A DNA stretch of 64,000 nucleotides from Stylophora pistillata (taxonomy: Eukaryota). Location: NCBI RefSeq assembly GCF_002571385.2, contig NW_019217790.1:1313998-1377997 (forward strand), read 5' to 3'. Made by a program: the position numbers and the translations under genes. Positions 1 through 13,377 of the stretch are shown piece after piece (positions within the stretch are counted from its first letter, which is position 1; every line of letters starts with the position of its first letter). Under the pieces are notes generated by a model that was given only the letters and a program-made list of their open reading frames with translations, was not told the origin of the DNA and ran no database searches.

Positions 1-44
1 CACCCCCCTTCGCACAATTATCAGTTCCTGAGGCAGATAATAAC

Positions 45-2181
45 CTGGATGTCCTCTCTTTCCTCTTCTTCCTTTTTGACCTGATGATGAAACACAGACA
101 GACAAGTTGATCTTATCATCTGCTGAGAACTTTTGACAAGGAATTAAAGCCTCTTAAAAAAAAGAATTGTAACACCTTCGTAGAATCACTATCTTGGTTG
201 TTTTAGCTTTAGGATTTCCAGGCAGATATCTTCGTCAAATAAGTAAATGACAGCTAAAATTGAACGATTACACTACTAAATAAAAAAAGCGTCTTCTCCC
301 TCTTATTAAGATTTCCTATTTGATCAATGATACAGAAAGAGCGGTCAAACGTTTTCGTGAAGAATTTGTGTCTCGTTTATTCACCCAGTTTTTTACTCCA
401 GAACACGGTCAAAGACTTACGCTGGACTTACGAAGTTAGGTCATGCCTTACCTGGCGGTCCTCGAGTTCCGGGGGGTCCCGAGGGGCACACGATCCGCGC
501 ACAGGCGTCAGGAGATTTTCGTTTGCGCCTCTCATGGAAAACGTTCTTGACATCAACAATTTCAGTCATCTGTACAAGTTTAAAAAGTACGATGTTATTG
601 AGCCTCTAATTCATCATAAACATGCTGCAAGTGAATCAGAATGACAGCGGGTCTGCTCTCCCGCGTGCGTGTTTCTCGTGTTCTAGTCGAGATAATTGGG
701 TTCTCTAATGTAGCAGTGATCAGACCCCGGTCAAGATAATTGGGTTCTCTAATGTAGCAGTGATCAACTTGTCATAACTCCAAATCATAGCTCTATTTGG
801 GAGACAGGGAGCTGATGCGATCGATAAAATTATCAACTGAAAGGGAGTTGTCCTATTTTTAGTTAACTTATTATTTTTCTTTCTTTTCTCTCGTTTGTCC
901 AGGTGGAATCACCGACAGCCGGGAGTCCTAAAAATGATAATTGATAAGAAGATACATGAGCTACCTGTGGCGTCAAACATTACCATCTCGTTGAAATTGT
1001 TGTTCATTAACATGTTCTAAAGTGAGTACTTTTACCAAGACCAACCATGGACTGTGAGGCTAAGTTTCAGTAGTTTTGCTCTTTGGGTCAAAAAAACCAC
1101 TAGTTTCTGCGATATAACTACGAAGAGTATGCTCTTGACTGCGGAAGTTACAACCGAATGAAAGGGAAAAGAAGATGACTGAGAAAAGCGGGAAAGTGGG
1201 AATGAATGAATGAGTCGTACTACATCATGCTTCTTGTTGGAATGTGGCAGTGTTTTATTCAGGATTGAAAACTTCTACAGGAAAAATGGACATAGAACGC
1301 GACACAGGAAAAACTACGCAATCAAAAATACGAGATTGGCTATACATCGTTTAATTTTCTGAAGAGCAGGGTCACGTTTGTGGTATTTGCACATGGAAGT
1401 CAAAATATCCGCCCAGGGAGGCCGTAACTGATGATGTCAATGTTGGTATACACACAATTGCAGATGAAATTAGCAGTAAAAACCTCTTCCTTTCTGCGAA
1501 TTTTGTCCCATGCTGTCCGGCTTAAAATTCCGGAAGGAAACTAAAGCTCGTATAAAACAATTAGCAACATGATATCCGCTTTTCGTCTGCGTGAGGATAG
1601 CTAATTACCCTGTTCTAACTAATACGAGTGGAGGATTACAAGGCTTATTTCTTTCAGGCGACAGAAAATAACATCTTACTCTAGGAAGAATTTTATTTTG
1701 GTGATTTGAAAAGATAACGATCAGAAGTAATGGATGTATGCAGACTTATTTTCAGCACGCAATCAAGGGTGACCTAAGTTCCAAATTTGCATCAGTTGTC
1801 AACAAGGCTGATTATGTAGAAAGAGACATCTCGTCGCGTACTAGTCTACGTATTATCGATGACATGAAAGTAAGCTTCTGATTGCGTAGGACGTAATCAT
1901 CGATAATTTTGGACTTGTTGCATTACCTGAGGTCGTGAGTCCTTGTTATCACGCTTGTCTTGGGTACTTGAGGGCGAAATAGTTGTCTTTACGGCGTTCA
2001 CTGTTCCATCCTCCAATAAAATAACTCGACCCCGCAAATCTTGGATGTGATGTCTCAACTCGTTGTAATCTCGCATCAAATAAACGACGAAGGCACTCAA
2101 TGACACGCAATACACGAGTAATAACACCAGAGCTAGCGCCACAAGAAGCCGAAGCGTGCTTGTCTTCGTTTTGTCCGCCAT
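45..2181 (-). CDS. Type II transmembrane collagen-like protein (MACIT/collagen XIII-XXIII-XXV or gliomedin/EDA-like architecture); 3' part lies beyond the left edge
   Basis: Exons 2181-1927, 569-452 and 80-45 have GT-AG ends and consistent phases (0,1,1). The translation gives a short N-tail, a TM helix (LLVALALVLLLVYCVSLSAFVVYL), a coiled-coil (YNELRHHIQDLRGRVILLE), a furin-type site RRKR, CARIVCPS, then Gly-X-Y repeats GPPGTRGPP|GQKGRRGKRGHPG (36-nt exon). Confidence 0.8.
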
Positions 2182-3884
2182 TGTTTATGAGTTCCGCGTT
2201 GACTCAATGCAGCCGAGTTGGAATCGACATGGCGTACGGCGTCAGGGCTGACTGGCTCTGTGGCGAGGTCTTTAGACTTCCTGTCATCGAGGTCATTAGT
2301 TGGGTTCCTAGAATTTACGCATCAATAGTAAAATCGAATCACGTGACCCTCGTGTCAGTTCATTTATCAGCATTGCTGCGCTCCCTGAGTGGGTTTGGCT
2401 GCCCGAAATGTTGGGAAGAAGTCCGAACATGCACGCAGGGGTTGGGAAATTTCCTGAGCCGAATGGCAAGGAATATAATTAGAGATTAGCTCAGTTAGAC
2501 AGACAGACTGTAAATTTTCGGAGCACTCATGATGAATAGGGAAAGTTGCTGAAAGGTGCAGTGAGTAATTCTTGATTAGATAGCATAAAAGGTCAGTAGA
2601 ACAGAAAACAATGCCCCAGCGCGGATTTGAAAGGCGGGCTAGTGTAAAATATTGCATGCTTCTTCTCTGTTCGCCAAAGGAAAGCGTATTATGACAGGAA
2701 TAATCATTTTTAAAACAACCACAATGCTTCCAGATGCCACTAAGACTCTAATGTTGGATCTCTCCCCTTTGCTGGGAAGTCATGCACACCCTGAATAAGA
2801 ATACTTTCTCTAAAAAGCATAGGTTTATGAGGTCTCGCACCCGCAATGACGCTTAAGGTGAGACCGGGGGAAAATCTGAAAGCGAAGAGGACTGGAGAAG
2901 ATTTTGGACCTTGGTCTGCTTCCACTGTAATCAGGGCTTCCCGGCCTGCTTCAGTAGAGAATGTCCGAGGAGGGGCCGGATGGCGGATGGGGCATGCTAC
3001 ACTCGAAAGCCAAGAATCTTCAATCGCCCCCATAAACGGAGTAGACAGAAATTTGAAGAGGGGACACACCGCAGCAACAAAAACAGCGCCCGATCAACGC
3101 AATTAACCTCTCATTTTTTTATTTAATACATCCAAATAAAGTGAGAAAGGTTACGTTGTGTACGCTAAGTTTAAGAAGAGCGTCATGTTACATCCTGTTT
3201 TTCATTTTCTCAATCCTTCGTGAACCTTGTTCATACTTGCCTTACCAGTAAAAGTCCCTTTTTCTACTTTACTGGATTTATGCTTAACATTGTTTATCCG
3301 CAAAGTTGAACAGCCATTTGTGTGTCATAAAAAATAACGAAAACTGCGGTGAATTAGCTAACTTGAGATGGTACTTCAGATACGTTAAGTATAAGCGTGT
3401 AAGCATCCTTGTGACGATAATCTCCTTTAAATCCATTCTTAGATAGGATGTCACGCAACGCAAGTACAATGCCTATTTTATGAGACATGCAGATCTACAG
3501 TTTCAAAGGAGTGATCGAAAGTTTTACCAAAGAGAAAACTATATTTTTGCAATAAGCTCTGTTTTGTTTACGATCAGCGGTAATCACTTGACAACAAGTA
3601 ACTTGCTACTCTCATAATGTTTTCAGACATGCACATAAATTTAAAGAGTCAAAATTCCAATTAGCAACTGTCCGAAACGGCAATCTTTCAGTTTGGAGAC
3701 TTGGCCGTTTCTTTCAATTACTTCTGGCAGTTAACACAGAGTCGGATGAAAACATCAAAATCAACGTGTGTCGAAACACACTATAACCTTGTAAAACGAA
3801 AACAAAAACCTGAAAGATTTATCTAGTAAGGGATTTTATGGAGAGCGTGGGATAATGTCTTTCATTGCCACTTGCGTAAGAAAG

Positions 3885-3954
3885 TACCGAGCAGAGGCCC
3901 TTTGATCTTCCTAGATTAGTCGGGAAGATCAGAAGGGCCTCTGCTCGCAGGGTA
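3885..3954. mobile_element. 70-bp palindromic miniature DNA transposon with 9-bp TSD (AcademH-like)
   Basis: Arms TACC..GAGCAGAGGCCC / GGGCCTCTGCTCGCAGGGTA. Perfect direct repeat GTAAGAAAG at 3876-3884 and 3955-3963. Confidence 0.8.
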
Positions 3955-4180
3955 GTAAGAAAGCGGCTTTGAGTGACATAACGGTTGTTGAAGCGCGTCG
4001 TTACAAAAAAAATATGTATCTATATACAGCTTCCGACAAAGGCTGCATTGCCATTGCCAAACTCTATATAGCCAAAAATTACTTTCCTCTACACTCCTAC
4101 AAACATAAAGTATACGTGCTTTATTCTGGTTCTGTCCGGGCTGCTAATATGCCGAAATTGTACTTTTCTGATGGTATTCA

Positions 4181-7100
4181 TTAATAATTGTGATTATCCT
4201 GGTTCTGTGCCTTCTCGAAGAACATGAAATCCTACAAACAGGAGAGAGTAAACTGGTGTCAGTAACCGTCAACAACAGCAAGATTTGAGAAATCATCGTA
4301 CAATTGATTTCGAGAGCCACACACCAACACTACGTAAGTAGCATCGTTTTCATTAAGAACTGAAGATTGGAGATTTGAAAATTTTTCCGCCAGAGGATCA
4401 GGACCCCCCCCCCCCCTTTGCTACCCCTCTACAAATACTCCACAATGAACCCTGAGTTTAATCAGCATATGATTTGCCCTTACAATGGCACCCCTGAATC
4501 ATACTCTTAAGGCTGAGAGATTAGAGGAAATAATCACCAACTAAAAAGGGCCCTTGATTGTTTAACAAATTCTCCTTGTCAGTACCTTAGGAAATGTATA
4601 GAGAAAAGTATGGAGAATATGTATATTGATGTTATGGTGCAAAGGGTTCATACAGTAAACGACCATCAAGCAAACTTACAATGAGGAAACAAGCACCAAG
4701 TACAACAGCCTTCATCTTAACATCAAGGTCCATGGGAACTGCAAGTATGGAAAAAAAAAAAACTTAACCAAAATGCTACAATCGACGACAAAATTGTTCA
4801 CATATTGATCTTTTCAACCCCCTACCGTATTTACCCGTGTTTAATGCGCACTTTTTTCCTACAAAAATAACCATCAAAATCGCGGTGCGTATTATACACG
4901 GATTCCATTGTTTGCCACGCACGTCCTAATTTGCGTACGTTAAAAACACAACAAAAAACAGTAATACATTTAAAGCTTTGATTAAATGACTTATTTTCAA
5001 TGAACATTTATAGTACATATTAAGTTTTTACTCTAAAATCCAGAGGAAAGACAAAAATCGCTAATTATTTTCGAAAGTGCGCAAACAGGCACGTGGATCA
5101 GATTTCAAAGTGAATATATGCAAATTCGCCGGTAACAAAACGAAAAAGGGCCTGGGACTGAAACTGCGATCGCAAAGCATGCATGGCCGCGTGTCAGTGA
5201 AGAGATCTCATGTTACAGGGAATTTTTCAATGAGAAGCAAGAAGAAAGCGATTCTAAAAATACGACGATATGACTCAAAATCATATTGTTGCTCACTCAT
5301 AATATTCACCGAGCCATGGAATCGTCAAATTAGCTAGACCTCGCTTGAAGTCCTAAAGTTTGATTTCAATACTAACATAAATAACTAAGTAGCAAAAGCA
5401 AAAGATATTGATGTTAACGATATAGTAAATTTCTTATTCTTGTTGTCTTAATAAACAATTGCACGAATATTTAACTTGTCTTTTTTACCGTGAAAAACTT
5501 TTTTTTGATAAATTAGGTTTAAAAACAAGGGTGCGGGTTATACGTGGGCGCGCATTATACACGGTAAATACGGTATTTCTTTTTCCCTCATTAAGTTAAA
5601 CATTACCCTCCCCCCCTCCCCCAACAATGTTGTACTGTGATTCCACAAACTTTTAGCCAACATCGAGTGGGAGGGGGAGGGGAAGGGGAAAGAAAACCTA
5701 CCCCAGCTCCTAACCTAGTTTTTGACTGTCACTCACCCCCTTGTTACAAATTTCTTTCTCTACTGTTAAAACCAGAGATGGCAGTCATTTTTTGCTAAGA
5801 CAATATTGAGCACTTAGTCACCCAAATTACACCTGCTCTGCAGGCTAAAGTAGATTGCGAAGGAGCCATATGAGAGGCCTCAGTATTTGACTGTAACCTT
5901 ATTTTTGTTAATCTTACATCAAATACTGCGTGAAAACAGATTCATAAGTGTAGCCTAAGGAAATGCCAACGACTGAAAATTCCACCACAATGTTGTTGAT
6001 CATTACCTGAAATTCAACATCTCCACAGAGATTGCACTGGCAGAAAGGCCCTTCAATTCGGAGCACTGTTTCCCTGTCGGCATTCTGGATGGCAAACTTA
6101 GGAATACATATTGACCATCTGAAAAGATATTAATATTCATGTTACTACCTAATTTGCTACAAGCATGCAGCTAATTCATTCTAGTTATATTTTCATGATG
6201 TCAAAGATACAGACAGTTATCTCATATAAGTACCTAAAAGTAAATAATAGGCTGTTAAAACAAATTTTTCAGATTCATATTACTCTCCTTAAGCATTTAT
6301 TTGTTATGATGACTTGTCTAGGAACCCTTGTAGTACAATGTTCAACTGAGTGTCAAAAGTAATTTGAGATCACTTTGGTTAAGTTTGATTTCCCTCTGAG
6401 ATTGGTTCACAAGACATATCCCAGCCTCAGACGTATCTCAACTGATCAGATTCAGACAAAAACCAACTGTGACTTTTTCACTTGTGTTTTCCCACACTTC
6501 AAGCATTTTCCTGTTTTTACCATGAGTTCTCATTGGTTCTGTCTGTTATTTCTTTCCATCTGATTGGCTGTTTGGTCTCCTTGCACTCAATCAAAATATG
6601 CTGAGTCTCTTTACATGTAAGCAATATTTTTTCTTACTCTTGAGCACAGTAACCAAGGACTGTTCCAGGTGGTGATTGAACCTCAATCTCTTGAAGACAA
6701 CATGGAAATAGGCAAGATTGACAACGCAGAGGACGAGTCAAGTGTACAATTTCTTGCTGCTGATTGTTCAGGATTTTCATTTCAAAAGGTCTCCCTGGGC
6801 CACAACACTGTCGTGTACAACAATCAGTATCTGAAACAGATCAACAAAAAAATTATTTTTTCATAACCTTCTAATTGCAGTTAATTTGATCTGAATTTTC
6901 CGAAAGAGGTGGGGTGGGGGTGGAAAGGGGTAGTAAAGGATGCTGGGAAAAGGAGGCCATTCATGTAAATAGTATAGTAAAAACAATATGATATTTCATC
7001 AATAAAACCATAATTTACAGTAATGTCACAATCTGATTGGCCAATTTGCTGTTGTCAATACTGGTAATAGTACAGTCAATGATGCATGCATCAACATGTC

Positions 7101-10100
7101 ACGCAATGGTCACACACTGAAAAAAATTGTTTTACTCTATGCAGGTATTGTGACAAAAAACAAATCAACAGCAGTTTGGTGTAGTCTCTACTGGGGGAGG
7201 GGGGAGTGGGGGAGGGGTTCTGTTAATGATTTAGAGTGTGGTAGAAACAGGACTGTTATTCCTCATAAAAAAATTCTTCAAACATGATGTGTCAACTAAT
7301 TCTGACACCGATTGTAGACACTTCTATAAATAGACATCATCTGTTTTATATACCATTTATTTTTTTTAAAAAAAAAAAGATCACTTCTTTTCATATCAAA
7401 TTAATACACAGCATTCGTTTCTTGCTCTGAGACCGTTAAAACAAGAAAGTCAAGGTAAAAGCACTAGACTGAACAAAGCAAAACTCTTATTTTTTCAAGG
7501 TAACTCTAAGAAACACCTTAAAGATCAGCCTATGGGCCCTTTTTAACACAATTAAACAGAAAACAACTTCCTTACTTTTCCTACACTTTGATAATGAATT
7601 CCCTTCCCTTTTGTATACTGCTACCCGGGAAAAGGTACCCCCAGTGGGCATTTTGGGAGGTGCATCCCATATAATCCATAATAGGAAGTAAACAGGTTAA
7701 GGGTGCACTACCATTGAGTGTTACAAAAATACAACCAAACCACCTCACTGAGTTGAAGCATGCAAACCTACAAGGGAACAAGTTGCAACACTTGCAACAC
7801 TTTAGGTGGTGATTTCAAAATTTCTCTCAGAGTGTAGATAACTTACATGTGATGCCGAAGTTGTCAGCATCAGTAAAGGCCTCCTTTACCAAACCTGACC
7901 ACTGCTTTGAAATCCTTCCAACCTGATTCTGGCCATCGGCAGAGAGCACCTATTTAATTCAAAAAGAAAAAATTAAAATAACATCACTAGTTAACACTAG
8001 TAATGAAGTCTCACTAAGTAGTGCTCAAGCTAAGAGGTCCATCTTACTAACCAGTCAACCTTATTTGTTACAGAAAACTAACAGCATTCTGTTTCTGCTG
8101 AAACATCACAATCCACATCAATTGATGATGGAAAATCATTCCTAGTAAAATATGGCTGATTCCGATGAAGTCATTTGAAGGTAGATATAGCTTGCAGTGC
8201 AGGTGTCTTATTCGTGCCAGTTAATGTAACTTGTAAGCTTGTGATCATTTAATATCTGAATGCCATGTTTGATTTTGAGTCCGAGTGGAAGGTGGAGGTA
8301 GGGGGAGGGGGAGGGGAAGGGGAAAGAAAACCTACCCCAGCTCCTAACCTAGTTTTTGACTGTCACTCACCCCCTTGTTACAAATTTCTTTCTCTACTGT
8401 TAAAACCAGAGATGGCAGTCATTTTTTGCTAAGACAATATTGAGCACTTAGTCACCCAAATTACACCTGCTCTGCAGGCTAAAGTAGATTGCGAAGGAGC
8501 CATATGAGAGGCCTCAGTATTTGACTGTAACCTTATTTTTGTTAATCTTACATCAAATACTGCGTGAAAACAGATTCATAAGTGTAGCCTAAGGAAATGC
8601 CAACGACTGAAAATTCCACCACAATGTTGTTGATCATTACCTGAAATTCAACATCTCCACAGAGATTGCACTGGCAGAAAGGCCCTTCAATTCGGAGCAC
8701 TGTTTCCCTGTCGGCATTCTGGATGGCAAACTTAGGAATACATATTGACCATCTGAAAAGATATTAATATTCATGTTACTACCTAATTTGCTACAAGCAT
8801 GCAGCTAATTCATTCTAGTTATATTTTCATGATGTCAAAGATACAGACAGTTATCTCATATAAGTACCTAAAAGTAAATAATAGGCTGTTAAAACAAATT
8901 TTTCAGATTCATATTACTCTCCTTAAGCATTTATTTGTTATGATGACTTGTCTAGGAACCCTTGTAGTACAATGTTCAACTGAGTGTCAAAAGTAATTTG
9001 AGATCACTTTGGTTAAGTTTGATTTCCCTCTGAGATTGGTTCACAAGACATATCCCAGCCTCAGACGTATCTCAACTGATCAGATTCAGACAAAAACCAA
9101 CTGTGACTTTTTCACTTGTGTTTTCCCACACTTCAAGCATTTTCCTGTTTTTACCATGAGTTCTCATTGGTTCTGTCTGTTATTTCTTTCCATCTGATTG
9201 GCTGTTTGGTCTCCTTGCACTCAATCAAAATATGCTGAGTCTCTTTACATGTAAGCAATATTTTTTCTTACTCTTGAGCACAGTAACCAAGGACTGTTCC
9301 AGGTGGTGATTGAACCTCAATCTCTTGAAGACAACATGGAAATAGGCAAGATTGACAACGCAGAGGACGAGTCAAGTGTACAATTTCTTGCTGCTGATTG
9401 TTCAGGATTTTCATTTCAAAAGGTCTCCCTGGGCCACAACACTGTCGTGTACAACAATCAGTATCTGAAACAGATCAACAAAAAAATTATTTTTTCATAA
9501 CCTTCTAATTGCAGTTAATTTGATCTGAATTTTCCGAAAGAGGTGGGGTGGGGGTGGAAAGGGGTAGTAAAGGATGCTGGGAAAAGGAGGCCATTCATGT
9601 AAATAGTATAGTAAAAACAATATGATATTTCATCAATAAAACCATAATTTACAGTAATGTCACAATCTGATTGGCCAATTTGCTGTTGTCAATACTGGTA
9701 ATAGTACAGTCAATGATGCATGCATCAACATGTCACGCAATGGTCACACACTGAAAAAAATTGTTTTACTCTATGCAGGTATTGTGACAAAAAACAAATC
9801 AACAGCAGTTTGGTGTAGTCTCTACTCTTATAGATATTGGTCATCACAGTGACCACTGTGATGACAAATATCATTGTCAGTAAGAGTACAGACAAAGCTA
9901 AACAATTCTTACTTTGTTAAATTCCTTGAAAAGGGTATGCAGAGATTGTTTTGGGATGATTTTTCTGTAGTTAGGCATTTTGTACAACATTGCATGTAAT
10001 ATTTTTAAATATTTCACTAAAAGTATGCAAAAATAAGTTAAAGGAATATGCAAAAGTTTATCATGATCTAATGAAATAAAATATTAACACCACAGTAAAT

Positions 10101-11755
10101 ACATAGGCTTATAAAACTACTAGCAAAACTTTGTGATTTCAAGTTGGTCTCCCTCAAAATCAAGATGTTTAAACCACTACATAATATTATAACTAATTAA
10201 TAAACTGCATTATGAAATTGGACTTCGAATATCTACCAAATTGTATCAAGATGGAACAAACTTTAAAAATTTCACGTTCCTTACTTCCAAATCATAATTT
10301 TAATTAAGTTAGCTCTTTGTTTCGGTGCATTTCACCAAACAAGTAAAGGAAATATGTTAATGTTACGAAACATGTTATGTATTAGCACTAAAACCAAGCT
10401 TCACACGCAAATATCATGTGATATGCTATCAAAGAATGCGGAAAAACGATATTGCATGTTTAATTCGTGAAGCTGGAAAACCACCAACACAGATAATGAT
10501 GCAAAAAAGATTACATTGGTTAAGATTAACATATGCTAAACATGGATTAGCCCGAATCGCTAAGTATCGCTTCAATTTTTAAAAAAATAAATATGAGTTA
10601 CATATATGTTTCTGAATTAATAAAGAGTACGTTTGATTTTAATACAAAACGAGAAGCCCCTAAACAATGGCAATATACGTGACAACTTTGACGAAAAGAA
10701 CTGTACTCACCTTCCGTTGCGAAATACACTTGCTGTCCCATGCTATTTAAAATCTTGTATTTGTTGTTGGTTTCAAAGCCAGTGAAAGCTGTAAAAGTAT
10801 TTAAAAAAATTAGATGTATGTGTAGATAAAATAAATCTAAAAAGTTTTCTTGTAGCCACATAGTTTTTAGACTAGTGAGCAACCTTAAAGAAAAAGCAAA
10901 CGGGACAAACTTCTGAGATCGGAACGTCTACCTTCTAGGAGTTCGACTTGCTGTTTTATTAAAAGTTGATCTATTTGGGTTAGATATTCCAGTCCTGGAG
11001 GACAGTTCGCTGGAACTGGAGGAGGAGGCATCCACTGCATTTGTCCATAACCTGCAGAGGCTGGGGCTGCATATCCTACGGCAAAACAATTTGTAGTTTT
11101 ATAGTTTTAACACTCTAAATGAGAACCTCTGCTAACACGACATCAATAACACGACAAACAAGTATAATAAAAGCGACGCATTTCTGAGGTGATTCTTCTC
11201 GAATCTCGTTGGAAATACACTGAAATACCTCAAGAAAGCGTGTTACATACAATGATTTAAATCAATAACGCTACTTTCTAATAAACTGAATTCGACTTGG
11301 TTCGGTATCCTTGAAAGTTACTTATTCCTGTTTTTAACACGATCCAATTTCAGGAAATCGAAGAACAAATTTCCTTATCGCGTATGGCGGAATAACGCAC
11401 TTCTTCTGACATTGATCGCAAACAAATTCTGTTGACCCGGAGTAGCAGCCCTGATCGGAAGCAATTCAAAAAGCCGTTAAAAACCTAATTTTTTACCAGG
11501 TTGTTGGCTGACAGGCGGCGCATATCCAGGTTGAGCGGGAGCATAGCCAGGTTGTACCGGCGGCGGATGGCCTCCTTGCAGCGGTGGATATCCAGCTTGA
11601 GGCGGTTGATAACCTCCCTGAACTGGTGGATACCCTCCTTGAGTCGGTGGATATCCTCCTTGAGTCGGTGGATATCCTCCTTGAGGTGGTGGATAAGTTC
11701 CTTGAGGAGGGTTACTTTCAACAGGCGGTGGATAACCGTAACCAGGCTGTGCCAT
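4181..11755 (-). CDS. PLSCR: Phospholipid scramblase (PLSCR1/2-like)
   Basis: Exons 11755-11497, 11075-10932, 10788-10711, 9464-9272, 8752-8641, 7949-7847, 4738-4680 and 4231-4181 splice in frame. They encode a Pro/Gly/Tyr-rich N-terminus, [90 protein letters not shown]. Confidence 0.95.
4825..5573. mobile_element. Non-autonomous TA-flanked DNA transposon (Tc1/mariner-pogo-type MITE) in PLSCR intron 6
   Basis: TA|CCGTATTTACCCGTGTTTAATGCGCAC ... GCGCGCATTATACACGGTAAATACGG|TA terminal inverted repeats; no coding capacity. Confidence 0.75.
5669..7192. repeat. 1,524-bp direct duplication of 8303-9826 (contains copies of PLSCR exons 4 and 5)
   Basis: Constant offset of 2634 bp. ORF-track translations are identical (6165/8799, 6375/9009, 6669/9303) and I saw no differences by eye. 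Confidence 0.95.
8188..8481. mobile_element. Older non-autonomous element with TAG..CTA ends and degenerate 9-bp TSD
   Basis: TAGCTTGCAGTGCAGGTGT ... ACACCTGCTCTGCAGGCTA; flanks AGGTAGATA / AAGTAGATT (7/9 match). Confidence 0.65.
11560..11710 (-). repeat. Coding 21-bp tandem repeat encoding (QGGYPPx)n in the PLSCR N-terminus
   Basis: About seven units such as GGTGGATATCCTCCTTGAGTC on the + strand; translation [49 protein letters not shown]. Confidence 0.9.
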
Positions 11756-12074
11756 GATGCTTGAAATGCATTCAAACGAATGTCAACAATCGCATGACAC
11801 TCCTCTACACCTTACCCAATCCCCAGCGAGTGAGGATGCACATTTGACAAAAAAAAAAAAAACTCCCCACCATACCTGTTCAATACAGAATGGGAAAAAA
11901 ATATACAACAAGCTTTACTTTTATTTTCCATATTAAAAACGAAAACTTCAACCGCACGGGGTTGTGCTGTTCCTTTTTTTACCTTATCGCGACTAATTTA
12001 CTTAGATAGAGTCCCTCAGGAGTAGTGTCCTTGTCAACGACAAGCGGCGCGAGGTGGCTTGTGGTCTGAACAAG
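11756..12074. promoter_or_regulatory. Probable bidirectional promoter PLSCR/RNF7
   Basis: Only 319 bp separate the divergent start codons (11755 minus, 12075 plus). Confidence 0.6.
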
Positions 12075-13009
12075 ATGGCTTCCGAAACTTCGCTCGAGGA
12101 GCCACAAGACGTGAATATGGAAGAAAGCACGCCGTCTAAAGATCAAGGAGTACAGAAAATGTTTACTCTCAAAAAATGGAATGCCGTGGCCATGTGGTCA
12201 TGGGATGTAGAATGCGATACGTGTGCTATTTGTCGCGTGCAAGTGATGGGTGAGTTTTAGATTTCATAATTTTCTGAAGTTCAGCAGTCGTTTTTTTTGT
12301 TATTTTTTTTTTATTTCCGATCTTTTGCCAAAGAATTGCTTTGTTTCTCCTCTAATTATTTTTTATATTTATGTAGATGCTTGCCTTCGATGCCAGTCTG
12401 ACAACAAACAAGAGGAATGCGTTGGTAAGACAGTTTTTGTCTTTTTAGTATATATACTTGCTAAACTAAACTATGGAAGTAAGCTTATGTTCTTGAGCTT
12501 TCCAGTTACAGATTTCTGGTATTTCTGATGGTTTGTCCACACCTAAATTATTTATTTAGAAGATCGGAGAAGACGGAGAGTAGACCCAAGAAGAATTATT
12601 GTAACACGGTTTTAACCTTTCACTGCCAAGATCTCATTTTTAGTAATTCTCCTTACGGTCTGCCATACAACTCTTATGCTTTTAGTTCGGAGTATTTACA
12701 GCTGGATCAATGAATAATTCCCTAATTGATTATTATTTTTTATCTCCACCAATTGTCTGGTTGAAATTTTATTGATATTATATGGAGAAACTTTGTTTTG
12801 GTCACATGTGAGAGTTAAGGCACAGTGACATCTTATTTTCAATAAAGGAAATTGAAGCAGTGTTGATTTTAAATTTTCTCATGTTTTCAGTTGTGTGGGG
12901 AGAGTGCAATCACTCATTCCATAACTGCTGTATGTCACTCTGGGTAGTGCAAAATAACAGATGTCCACTGTGTCAACAAGAGTGGGTGGTCCAAAGAATT
13001 GGCAGATAA
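12075..13009 (+). CDS. RNF7: RING-box protein 2 (RNF7/RBX2/SAG)
   Basis: Exons 12075-12249, 12377-12424 and 12891-13009 encode [37 protein letters not shown]...[37 protein letters not shown], an RBX2-type RING-H2. Confidence 0.97.
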
Positions 13010-13233
13010 CATACAGCAGTGTAAACATCAGGAATATTATTTCAAGACACTTGCTCTATCTCTGTTTATCTGAATTCTGCATTGGAAGAACACTATTCTA
13101 CCTTTTGACAAAAGCATGTATTCCTCATTCATTAGAATTGTAACAATGTCTGTATTCCTTAGGTTCTAATTAGACAACAAATCACTGAAAAGATAATACT
13201 TTAATTTCTACTTTGTATATGGCGATTGCAGTA

Positions 13234-13377
13234 CAGTGGAATCTCAATTTCTCGAACCTCCCAATATCTTGAACCAAACTGTGTTTCCCTTGGATTTGCT
13301 TCACTTGTAATTTCACTCCCGATTTCTCAAACCAATTTGCGTTTCCCCTGGAGGTTTGAGAAATCGGGATTCTACTG
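13234..13377. mobile_element. TA-TSD MITE with CAGT..ACTG ends (pogo/Tigger-like) downstream of the RNF7 stop
   Basis: TA|CAGTGGAATCTCAATTTCTCGAACC ... GGTTTGAGAAATCGGGATTCTACTG|TA. Confidence 0.7.

Noticed and set aside
689-766. 34-bp direct repeat with a 10-bp spacer resembling a CRISPR unit
   Set aside because: Only two copies, in a eukaryotic intron, with no cas genes; a local tandem duplication.
11485-11775. Overlapping ORFs with (LKEDIHR)n and (RWISSLS)n repeats
   Set aside because: These are alternative-frame and antisense readings of the 21-bp PLSCR coding repeat.
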